64,000 nucleotides of DNA from Azolla caroliniana (lineage: Eukaryota; Plantae; Polypodiophyta). This document shows positions 1-10,510 of this stretch, piece after piece. The stretch spans positions 6,014,001 to 6,078,000 of the forward strand of contig JBHGNT010000016.1 of NCBI GenBank assembly GCA_043228905.1, given 5' to 3'. The notes under the pieces are model-generated. The model was not told the origin of the DNA, searched no databases, and saw only the letters and a list, made by a program, of their open reading frames with translations. The stretch's first letter is position 1. Each line of letters starts with the position of its first letter. The position numbers and the translations under genes are program-made.

Positions 1-2041
1 GTCTAAAGCATGCTAAAGCTTCCTCCCCAAGCCCATGTTGTGCATATCCAGAAATTAGAGTGGACCATGACACTACGTCCCAAATTTGAAGAGCATCAAA
101 TGTTTCTTGTGCTTGTTCGAGCACCCCACATCTAGCATACATATCCACCAGCGCGTTTCCAAGTGAAATATTGTTCATCAAAAGGCCCTTGCCAATAATC
201 TCTTCATGCATTTGTTTGCCTTTTTCTATTGCACCAGCGCTGCCACATGCCTTCAAGATGCATGTAAAGGTGATGGAATTTGGAGACAGGCCTTCAAATT
301 TCATATGTTGAAGAAAGTCCAAGACTTCCTCACCCTGCCCCTGAAGGGCATATCCTGCAATTAGTGCATTCCACGATACTACATTCCGCCTAGGAAGCTC
401 GTCCAACAGCTTTTGTGCTTTTGTAAGTGCACCACATTTAGCATACATACCAATCAAAGCATTACCCAGCGAGATATCCTTTCCTAATAACCCCTTAATG
501 ACAAGGTCGGTATGAATTAGCTCCCCCTTATTAATTGCTCCCACATTACTACATGCCTTCAGGATGCAAATGAATGAGATTTCATCCGGAGAGAGTCCCT
601 CTTGTTGCATTTGTTCAAAACATTTCAATGCTTCCTCACCTTGTCCTTGATTGGCATATCCCACAATCAATGAGGACCAAGAGACAGCATCTCGAATTAA
701 TAGTTCATCAAGAATTTCTTTTGCCTTTCCAAGTGCGCCACATTTGGCATACATATCAACCAATGCATTATTAAGGCCAATATCCTTCCCTAAAAACCCT
801 TTGTTAACAATATCTTCATGGATTTGCCGGCCTTTCTCAACAGCTCCTATGCTACCACATGCTTTCAAAACAGAGATAAATGTGATCTCATTTGGAGAAC
901 ATCCTTCATATGTCATTCGTTCAAACATTCTCATTGCTTCCGCACCTTGTCCATGTGTGGCATATCCCGAGATTAATGTTGTCCATGAAGCAATATCCCT
1001 CACAAAAAGATCATCAAATGCTTGCCGTGCTTTTGTAAGAGCACCACATTTGGCATACATATCCACCACAGCATTCCCAAGAAAGACATTTTCTCCTAAT
1101 AAACCCCTGCTAATAATCTCATCATGAATTTCTTTGCCTTTATTGATCGCGCCAATCCTGCCACATGCCTTCAAAATGCTGGTGAAAGCTATGGCATCGG
1201 GAAAGACACCATCTCTTTTCATTTGCTCAAAACAATCAATTGCTTCTACACATTGACCTTGGTTGGTATAGCCCATGATAAGGGCCGACCATGAGACTAC
1301 ATTGGCCATAGGCAGTATCCCCAATACATGTTTGGCTGTTTCCATCACCCCACATTTTGCATACATGTCAACTAAAGCATTGCCAAGAGAAATTTCATCT
1401 TCACTGGTGTCAGCATGTATTTCTTTAAACTTATCACAGGATCGAAATTCTAACAACTCTTTATTTTTAACGTCTTCACGAATTCTTTTACCGTTAGCAA
1501 AGGCATATTGAATCCCTGACAGTTCATTCTCACTAAACTTATCACGTATTTCTTTATCCTTATCACAGAGAAACCGAGATCTTAATAACCCATTCTTCCA
1601 AATTTCGTCATGAATTTCTTTACCCTTATCAAGGGATCGAGCACGGCCACAAGCCATCAATGCCGAAGTAAAGGTGACCGCATTTGGCAATAAGCCATCA
1701 CTTCGCATTCGGATGAAACATCGAAGAGCTTCTTCTGGGAGCCCATTTCGGACATATCCGGAAATCATTACATTCCATGAAGCAATATTCCGATCCGGAA
1801 GCTCATCAAACACATTTTGTGCTTTTGAGATCAAACCACATTTTATATACATGTTGATTAGACTAGTGCCCACATAAGGATTCCTTCCAAAAAGCCCCTT
1901 CTGAACAATATTTTCATGTATTCTCATACCATTTTGTAGGTCTTTATTCCTTGCACATTCCTTAAGGGACACCACAAAAGCAATACCTTCTTTGTTATTG
2001 ACATTTATTCTTGAAATACCCTTCTCTACAAGGCTATCCAT
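1..2041 (-). CDS. PLS-class pentatricopeptide repeat protein (PPR1), 3' end runs off the window
   Basis: Translated by hand; absent from the ORF track because no stop lies in the window. ATG at 2041 gives MDSLVEKGISRINVNNKEGIAFVVSLKECARNKDLQNG...GTSLINMYIKCG...NIASWNVMISGY... The same frame reads VVSWSTLISGYAQHGLGEEALACFR at positions 2-76. Repeating P-L-S motifs (GNALVDMYAKCG). Confidence 0.93.
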   Translation of the reverse strand, partial: MDSLVEKGISRINVNNKEGIAFVVSLKECARNKDLQNGMRIHENIVQKGLFGRNPYVGTSLINMYIKCGLISKAQNVFDELPDRNIASWNVMISGYVRNGLPEEALRCFIRMRSDGLLPNAVTFTSALMACGRARSLDKGKEIHDEIWKNGLLRSRFLCDKDKEIRDKFSENELSGIQYAFANGKRIREDVKNKELLEFRSCDKFKEIHADTSEDEISLGNALVDMYAKCGVMETAKHVLGILPMANVVSWSALIMGYTNQGQCVEAIDCFEQMKRDGVFPDAIAFTSILKACGRIGAINKGKEIHDEIISRGLLGENVFLGNAVVDMYAKCGALTKARQAFDDLFVRDIASWTTLISGYATHGQGAEAMRMFERMTYEGCSPNEITFISVLKACGSIGAVEKGRQIHEDIVNKGFLGKDIGLNNALVDMYAKCGALGKAKEILDELLIRDAVSWSSLIVGYANQGQGEEALKCFEQMQQEGLSPDEISFICILKACSNVGAINKGELIHTDLVIKGLLGKDISLGNALIGMYAKCGALTKAQKLLDELPRRNVVSWNALIAGYALQGQGEEVLDFLQHMKFEGLSPNSITFTCILKACGSAGAIEKGKQMHEEIIGKGLLMNNISLGNALVDMYARCGVLEQAQETFDALQIWDVVSWSTLISGYAQHGLGEEALACFR

Positions 2042-2192
2042 AGAATTCTTCAAAATGGCATTGTTAACGCAGAAGAGAGAAGAAACCTATAGCTATTTAA
2101 ATAAATAAAAAGAAAATCCATCTTTATGAAATCAGCCTCTACTCATTAAATCTAGAATTGCATCATATAGAGAGAAACGCATCTGCGTATTT

Positions 2193-2195
<3 letters not shown>

Positions 2196-2266
<71 letters not shown>
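2196..2266. repeat. (AT)n(AG)n compound microsatellite upstream of PPR1
   Basis: Directly visible dinucleotide runs. Confidence 0.95.
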
Positions 2267-2270
<4 letters not shown>

Positions 2271-5265
2271 TTGTGAAAGAGTGCAGGCCTGTGCAGAACA
2301 AAGACCAAAAACAAACATCCAGTTTTTTCTTCAGTTGTTTTTAGGCCAGTTTTGAATCTGAATCAATATTTTGGTAATATGAATGAATGATTATAAGAAA
2401 TAGTGGAATTCTACCAAAATCCAACACGCACAATTCTCCCTTCTTTCTTTGTCCTAAATTTTAATACAAGAACAAGAAACCCCTCCTCATGAAATGTCTC
2501 AATGAAAGGGTGACAAAACTATCCTACTTAATGATGCCCAAAGTTCGTGACTGAATAACCCGAATGGCGTTAACTAGTGCATGGCATCATTCTCAATCAA
2601 TCACAGTTACACAAAAAGAAAGAAACGAAGTTGTCCTGATTTGAGAATGTGGCGATGCTTTAAAGTTGGCACATGAGGCAATCCACATACCACAGCTTGG
2701 CAAATCAACAATTGCCCACAAAACGTGATAAGAGATAGTTTTCCTACATCCCCAACTCAGTATGCGCATTGGTGGGTGGGTGGATGTGTGTGTATGCACA
2801 TTGTTGGGGGGGGGTGTTAGAGAAAGAGTCATACGAAGTTGCTAGTGTTCTTGATTCCAAGATTGTTCGCAAAAAGCTATATTATTTGGTGGATTGGCTA
2901 TAGGCTAGCATATGATAGGCTTCTACCAAGTTGCAAAGGAACCATGCCCGTGCAAACGATGAATAATCCACCTTCACCACCTTTGAGCTAGTCATTGGTT
3001 GGGTGGCATACCATCTTTCGTCCAATAGTTCTAATAACATTTCTTCAAAACCCACCTGGATTCTCTCCATACCTTTTTGCGAAGATAGAAGTTTCATGGG
3101 GAACCTTGAGAAATGCAAAGTGGCGGTGTTTAACGCCTCCTTCTTGTGGACCAAAAAGTTTGAAAATCAATTTACCTTTGGAGAAGCATTAGTGGAATAT
3201 GGTCGACGCCACATCCACTAGGGGCCTACACTCAAAGGGCCACAATTCTCTTGCGAAAGATATTAGAAAATAACATTTGCAAACCTTTTGGTACACATGT
3301 AATTTCAAGAGATATGACCCAAGTTATGGCTTTTTGTCACCATTTTTGTGTGCACACTCACTCGTATATGGGGTCAATTTTTGGGGAATGAGAACTCTAG
3401 ATATACGTAGACAACTAATAAAAGAGTAGTACGATGACTAGGAGATTGTTGGAAACCCATTCACCATGTTGATAGCATGTAGGATTTGATCATAACCTTT
3501 AAACTCCACATTAGGCCACTAGAGTAAAGTTAAGGGCAGGACTCAAGGTAGTTAAAGCTCTATACTAAGCAATGACTTTCATACAAAGATTATGGTGCCT
3601 TGCTAACAATAAGTACTTGCAAATTGCATTCATATCATCTAAATAATCAACAACTGACAAATATAAGACTTGGCTAGGCTCAGATGGTATGCATGACACC
3701 CCCCCAATCCAATCATCATATTTGATAAGTAGCATTGATCATCGCCACTTATTCAAAGGAAATAATGGTTCAAGTGGATGACCCAAGTTGCCTAATTGAA
3801 GTTGTCATGATCACTTCAAGTCACTTAAAAGTTCACAATGCAATAGAATACATACCTTGAGTATAGTAATTGTCAACACAAACTTGTATTTTCCAATGTC
3901 ACAACATACATTTTGTACAATGGGATCAACAAGTGAATGGAAACAATAACTTGGAGCCATTAAGTGTATGTGAATGGATTCTATTTTATGAACTTTAGAA
4001 ATGTGGACCAACTATATTCAAAGATAGGGCACCCCATAGCGATTAAAACAACATAAACTTTAACTTGCCTCCTCCTTATACAAATGGTCCCACAACTTGC
4101 TTAAGCCCAAATAGAGTGCATCAAGTAATCATAGTGAAAGAAGTTATATCAGTACAACATGTTGAATCCGATGGACTCGGTGCTATGGGCTTTGGCATGG
4201 CATCAACATTACTTGCTGCTATGGGCGTTGGCATGGCAACAACATTACTTAGGGAGAAGTTCATCAGTTGTGGAGTTCATGTTTACAAACCAACTTTGGT
4301 AAGATGCAAGAAATTTGGAGGATTCATAGGAATTTTGGTACAAAAGCTGTAATGAACCTTGGTCGTAGCTGTTGTGATGGTTGCAATGGAAGCTCACGCA
4401 GAGAAAAGAGTAGTTGGAAAGGAAGGTGTAACACACCATTTTATGAAAGTTGGAAATGGAACTCTCATGATCATGTTAGTCGGCTTGTTGAAGTATGAGA
4501 TGTGTTCCAGAGGCTTCTTGACTACATATGTGGTTTCATGGAATGCAATGATGACAAGGCATACAAGACATGGATGTTGGTTGATATGAGTTTGATGTGG
4601 GGGGAAAAAATGAAACATGCCTAATAATAGGTAGGGCACCATTGAATGCATTGATCACATGCTATGGAAACAGTGGTAATAGTTTTGTGCCTTGAAGTTT
4701 TTGGCAAAAATGTTGGGTGAGAAGGTGGAAATAATCTTAGACTGTATTATTTGTGGTTTTCATAGGATGTCATGGCTAGAGCCATTGTGATGTTGTTTGC
4801 CTAGTCAGGTCGTCATGTATGCTGAATTTTACTAATGAAGCATATTTTGTTTGGAAAAAATAAAATAAAATAAATGGCCTCACAACCTGCTTAAGCCCAA
4901 ATAGAGTGCATGAGAAGCAAATGAGCTTTAAACACTAAAGGCGTCACTTTGGAGATTTGGAGTCAACACTAGTAGATGCCCAACTGGGGAGAATAATGAT
5001 AACCCAATCCATAAATGCATAAGATTTCGTTACTGAGAAGCATCAAAGGGTCGAGTCGAGACTCTTTCGTACATTAGCGCGCTTGAGATGAGGCGTCTGA
5101 TTGGGGGTTTTGGATGGGATAAAACATGACCAATCTTGCCTTCTCTCGTTTTACATTGATTTATTAGTTTCGGGTTCTCAAACAAGCAAAAACAAACTAT
5201 AAGATACAGTACATCGTTTTGTCTCGTAGGTGAGATTGGGCTCTTTCTTTAGAGATGGTTATACA

Positions 5266-5712
5266 TAACAATCAGCAACAGTTCGGTTTGAGAGGGTCCA
5301 AACTGAATCGTTTAATTTTTTTGAAAATTGAACCAAACCACGAAACCATTAAACTGAACCATGAAACAATTTTCAAACCGTTAAACCATTAAATCGTAAA
5401 AACCGTGGTTTCGTGGTTCGGTTTCGGTTTTCAACATAGGTCAAATTTTTAATTTTTACTTTTTAATTGTTTAAAATTTATAAGATTTCATTTTTTAAAA
5501 TTTATAAGATGTTCCTAAAATGTGAGAATAAGGTCTAAAAACGAAAAGATTGTTTAAAAACAATTTTTAGATTTTTTTAAATTTTTTTTAAATTTTTAAA
5601 AATAAAAAATAAAAAACCGTTTAAACCACGGTTTTTGACTGTTGAAACCGAACCGAACCGTTAAGCCGTTAAACCGCAGTTTCACGGTTCGGTTCGGTTC
5701 AAACCGTTGCTT
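5266..5712. mobile_element. Non-autonomous hAT-like MITE, copy 1 (right end degenerate)
   Basis: Begins TAACAATCAGCAACAGTT, has clustered AAACCG/CGGTT subterminal motifs and an AT-rich core. It is clearly homologous, in reverse orientation, to 17003-17406 (shared GAGGGTCCAAAC and GGTTCGGTTTCGGTTTTCA...AGGTCAAATTTTT). TSD not resolved. Confidence 0.75.
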
Positions 5713-6506
5713 CTCATTGTGGATAATAATACTATGATACTATATCCTATCTCCTCTGTTCTAGAGGACATACAAATACCTCTCTATCTAGAGACATTGA
5801 AGGAAAAAGAGGTTCTAAGTTCTAAGTTCTAACCATAGCAATAGCAGTCTTTTGGTAATTCAAATCTCTCTCTTTCTTAAAAGGCCTCAATATTTCTTTC
5901 TTTCTCTTAGAAATTGCATTTTTTTGTTCTTGATTTTACAGTAGTCTCTCCTATATGACCCCCACTCTGCTATACTCGCTCGCACATTCCAAACTTTGGG
6001 AAGGAAAACTGCTCAAATTTGACAACAGAAAAAGAGGTCGTGTACATATAAGATTTTAGTTCTACACAAGACAAGAAGCGATTACAGGCCAAATCTCCTC
6101 CACCAAGGGTTGAGATTGCATTGGGCCAGGTCCGGGATTTTCTTCACATTTAAGCTGGATCCGATGCTGTCGCTAGGCAGATGGGTTTTTGCATTAGGCC
6201 TAATGGCAAATCCTGTGCCGGCCCTCACCTTGGATGAGCCCTGGTTCCGATCTCCATTTCTTGCATCTCCAAATCGCCCTTTTTTTCCTATACACAAAAA
6301 TGAGAATACTAATATTACAAACAGGGCTATGGAACATACATGGGTGTTCTTCACACACAACTAGCCTAAGGACAAAATCAATATAAAGAACCAAGATTTC
6401 TGATCCAAAGCTCAATATTGAACATGGCTTCCTTGGGCAGAAAATGAAAATTTCTATATAAGCATAGACCAATGGAACAAGCAGCTTTCTTATTCTTCCC
6501 AATGGT

Positions 6507-9239
6507 ATGCCGAATACCACCAATTTCTCTGGCATTCATTCAATGCCTTGGCTTATTCTTCTTGGCATGCAAAAGAAACCCATGGAAACTGAATTCCTTG
6601 AATTTCAGCCAATGGTGATGAAGAGGGAAGGGGTAAAGGAAAGCATTGCTTTTGTGGCATTATTGAAGGAATGTGGTAAGAAGAAGGATCTTTGTAAAGG
6701 TATTGAGCTTCATGATGAGGCTGTCAAAAGTGGTTTGTTTTATGAGAATCTTTATGTGGGCAGCAGTTTAATTAGCATGTATGCTAAATGTGGTGATTTT
6801 GTGAAAGCAAAACAAGTTCTTGAAAAGCTTCCAAACCCTAACATAGTATCGTGGAATGCATTAATCTCTGGTTATGCAATGTGTGGAGAAGATGAAGAAT
6901 TGCTTGATTGTTTCAAGAAGATGCAAAGTGAGGGTGTATCTCCACAACCAATCACATTCACTTATGCTTTAAAAGCATGTGGAAGAATAGGAGCAATTGA
7001 TAAAGGCCAAGAAATTCACCATGATATTATGAACAATGGCTTGCTGGGAGAAGACCTTGTACTTGGGAATGCTTTGGTGGATATGTATGCCAAATGTGGT
7101 GTGTTTACAAAAGCAAAAGAACTGCTTGAGGGGCTTCCAATCCGAGATGTGATCTCATGGTCGGGACTTATGGCCGGATACACTATGCATGGGCAGGGAG
7201 AAGAAGCTATAGAGTGTTTTGAACAAATGCAAATGGATGATCGGCTCTCTCCAGATTCAATCACTTTGACTTGCATCTTAAAGGCATGTGGCATTAGAGG
7301 AGTTGTTGATAAGGGAAAGCAAATTCACATAGATGTTGTCAAGAAAGGATTGTTGGGAAAGGATATCATTCTTGGTAATGCCCTAGTGGATATGTATGCC
7401 AAATGTGGCGCTCTTGTGGAAGCCCAAGAGGTGCTCAATGAGCTACTTATCCAGGATGTCGTTCCTTGGACCTCGTTAGTATCTGGGTATGTACAATATG
7501 AACAAGATGAAGAAGCATTGAACTGCCTTGAAACAATGCAACAAGCGGGGATCTCGCCGAATCCAATTACCTTCATTTGCACCTTGAAGGCTTGTGGTAA
7601 AATAAGAGCATTGAACAAGGGAAAACACATTCATAATGAAATTATATGTAAAGGGTTGCTCATAAATGATAATTTATTAGGAAATTCATTGGTTGATATG
7701 TATGCAAAATGTGGGGCATTTATTGAAGCACATGAAGTGTTTGACAGGATTTCTACAACCCGAAATATAGTGTCTTGGACAGAATTGATATCAGGATATT
7801 CCCAGCATGATCGGGGTGAGGAGGCAATGGACATTTTCAAGCGAATGCAATGTGAAGGAATGCCACCAAATGCAATCACATTCATTTGCATCTTGAAGGT
7901 GTGTGGGGATATAGGAGACCTGGACAAGGGCAAGCAAATCCATGCTAACATTGATTGCAAGGAATTTCATGGAAAAGATGGTTTGCTTGGTAATGCTTTA
8001 CTGGATATGTATGCTAAATGTGGTATGATTGCCAATGCACAAGATTTATTTGATGAGCTGCCTATCCGGGATGTAGTGACTTGGTCTACATTGATTGCCG
8101 GATATGCTAGGCAAGGGCAAGTAGAGGAAGCAGTGAAATACTTAGAAATCATGTTGAGTGAGGGTCTTTCTCCAGATTTGGTGACGTTTACTTGTATCCT
8201 GAATGCATGTGGAAGCACATGTGCTCTGAACAAAGGCATACAAATTCATGATGAGCTTATTAAGAAGGGTATGTTAGGAAATGATAACATTCTAGATAAT
8301 GCTTTAATAGAGATGTATTCCAAATGTGGGGCACTTTTTGAAGCTCGGATTTTGCTTTACCAGATTTCTTCTCGAGATGTAGTCTCTTGGTCTACATTGA
8401 TTATAGGATATGCACAACACGGGCAGGATGAGGAGGTACTGAATTCTTATAAAGAGATGCATCAAGAGGGCCATGTTCCAGATGCATTCACTTTTACTTA
8501 TATTTTGAAGGCTTGTAGCAATACGGGAGCTATGGATGTAGGAAAACAGATCCATGGAGAAATCATTGCTCAGAGGTTGCTTCACAACAATATCATGCTT
8601 AGCACTGCGTTGATTGATATGTATGCCAAATGTGGTTCACCAATAAAAGCAAAGAATATTCTTGAGAAGCTTCCTGTTCGTGATGTAGTCTCTTGGTCTG
8701 CAGTAATTTCTGGTTACGCTCAATTAGGCCAGAGCGAGGAAGCACTAAATTGCTTAAAATGGATGCATAAGGAAGGTCATTGTCCAAATGCTATCACCTT
8801 CCTTTCCTTGTTGAATACATGTTGTCACTCAGGTCTAGTGGATAAAGGACAATTGCTGTTTGATAGTATGACCAAACAATATGGCATTACACCAAACTTT
8901 GAGCATTATACTTGCATGATTGATCTTTTTGGACGTGCAGGTCACTTTGACAAAGCAGTGACAATGATTAATGAGATGCCATCACTTGACTATTCTCCAG
9001 TTTGGGGGTCTCTAATGAATGCATGCCAAAATTGGGGAAATGTAAATCTTGCAAGATTGGCATTTGAACATGCGATTTGTCTTGATAAGAGTACTCCCAC
9101 AGCTTATATTTGTATGACAAATATCTATATAGCTGCTGGCATGCAAGAGGATGCTCAAATCATTGAGGCTATGAGAGCAGAAAATGCTCAATGTGTGAAC
9201 CCAACAAGGGTCCCTAAAAGAAAAACAAATGACAGATAA
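6507..9239 (+). CDS. PLS-class PPR protein, E subgroup (PPR2); no DYW domain
   Basis: 910-aa intronless ORF of P-L-S triplets. It ends P2-L2-S2 (CCHSGLVDKG...HYTCMIDLFGRAG), E1 (VWGSLMNAC) and E2 (AYICMTNIYIAAG), then stops. Confidence 0.95.
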   Translation: MPNTTNFSGIHSMPWLILLGMQKKPMETEFLEFQPMVMKREGVKESIAFVALLKECGKKKDLCKGIELHDEAVKSGLFYENLYVGSSLISMYAKCGDFVKAKQVLEKLPNPNIVSWNALISGYAMCGEDEELLDCFKKMQSEGVSPQPITFTYALKACGRIGAIDKGQEIHHDIMNNGLLGEDLVLGNALVDMYAKCGVFTKAKELLEGLPIRDVISWSGLMAGYTMHGQGEEAIECFEQMQMDDRLSPDSITLTCILKACGIRGVVDKGKQIHIDVVKKGLLGKDIILGNALVDMYAKCGALVEAQEVLNELLIQDVVPWTSLVSGYVQYEQDEEALNCLETMQQAGISPNPITFICTLKACGKIRALNKGKHIHNEIICKGLLINDNLLGNSLVDMYAKCGAFIEAHEVFDRISTTRNIVSWTELISGYSQHDRGEEAMDIFKRMQCEGMPPNAITFICILKVCGDIGDLDKGKQIHANIDCKEFHGKDGLLGNALLDMYAKCGMIANAQDLFDELPIRDVVTWSTLIAGYARQGQVEEAVKYLEIMLSEGLSPDLVTFTCILNACGSTCALNKGIQIHDELIKKGMLGNDNILDNALIEMYSKCGALFEARILLYQISSRDVVSWSTLIIGYAQHGQDEEVLNSYKEMHQEGHVPDAFTFTYILKACSNTGAMDVGKQIHGEIIAQRLLHNNIMLSTALIDMYAKCGSPIKAKNILEKLPVRDVVSWSAVISGYAQLGQSEEALNCLKWMHKEGHCPNAITFLSLLNTCCHSGLVDKGQLLFDSMTKQYGITPNFEHYTCMIDLFGRAGHFDKAVTMINEMPSLDYSPVWGSLMNACQNWGNVNLARLAFEHAICLDKSTPTAYICMTNIYIAAGMQEDAQIIEAMRAENAQCVNPTRVPKRKTNDR

Positions 9240-9737
9240 CGCGCTCATAAATGTCTAAAAGAGGATATGTTTCTTACCTTCCAAATATTTTCCATGGAAC
9301 AATGTGGAAATCATCTTATAACCACCATGAATAGCACTTAATAGGATAAAGAAGAGCGAGTGCTTCTTTTTTATAAGATACGATGCAGTACCATGAGAGA
9401 ATGTACAAGAAGCCCACAGCTCCACTAGGAAGTGGCTGCCACAATAGGGGGTCACATTAATGCTTTAAGCATGTGTTTACAGAGCTTGCAAAGCAACAGG
9501 TGTCCACATAAGAATCAGAATGTGTCGATAAACAGATCGAAGTCCAATAAACCAGAATAGCTCAAATTACTTGTAGAACCTCTATAATCAGTAAATATCA
9601 CATCCCTTCTTTAAGTGAGGTACAAAAATTGGGATCAAGAAGTATGCCATGTTAAAAGAAAACCTTCAAGAGAAGTTCTTGTTCCATGGAAAGTAAGTTT
9701 ATCTACAAAAAGGGACCTAATTCTTGAGATAAAATAG

Positions 9738-10510
9738 TCACAAATAATCCCCACAAGCACATTTTCCATCCTTGAAAACATGGGAGGAAATTCACATCTA
9801 TAGCTAAAATCTTATGCAATATGACAGATAACACATGTTTTTCACATGTATTCTTGACCCTTGAGATGTATTCATAATGTACACAAAGAGCATTCTTTGT
9901 TCTGTGATTATTCACAATGTTCGTATGCACATTTTCTATCCTTGAAAACATGGGAGTAAATTCGCATCTCTTAACAAAAATCTTACATTTTTCTATTTTC
10001 AATATGACCGATGCTGCAATATGGCAGTCACCACAGATGCACATTTTTTTCACATGTATTCTTGGTCCCTGAGATGTATTCACCATGTAGACAAAGAGCA
10101 TTCTTTGTTCTGTGATTATTCAAAATGTTCTTAAGCACATTTTCCATAAAAACATGGGAGGAAATTCACATCTCTAACTAAAATCTTACCGTTTTCTATT
10201 TTCAATATGACTGATGCTGCAATATGGCAATCACCACAGATACACATTTTCTTCACATGTATTCTTGATCCTTGAGATCCATTCACCATGTACACAAAGA
10301 GCATTCCTTGTTCTGTGATTATTCAAAATGTTCTTAAACATCTATTGTGACATCAAGAACTATTCTGACGAACACATTTTATGGAAAAGGTTTTGCAGTT
10401 TTGCATAAATATCTTTACTTTGTGGATGCTTTGCATTCGAAGAACAAAACGAATTACTTTTAACTAGCATCAACCTGCATATTATGCAACTATTTTTTCC
10501 TGGTTTTTAG
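9738..10510 (-). pseudogene. Relic PG-box/E+/DYW domain of PPR3, frameshifted, with the DYW part triplicated
   Basis: The shifted frame at the PPR3 end reads KPGKNSC...SNSFCSSNAKHPQSKDIYAKLQNLFHKM (E+). Three ~205-bp units follow, encoding NALCVHGE in one frame and RIHVKKMCICGDCHIAASVILKIE..KILVRDVN in another. The last unit ends FKDGKCACGDYL* (TGA at 9738-9740). Confidence 0.85.

Noticed and set aside
9240-9330. MSKRGYVSYL-like peptide after the PPR2 stop, resembling the end of E+
   Set aside because: Too short, and I could find no HxE or CxxC downstream on the plus strand.
9703-10101. 132-aa ORF as a functional stand-alone DYW deaminase
   Set aside because: It has CxxCH but no properly placed upstream in-frame HxE, and it drifts out of the DYW frame; treated as part of the relic.
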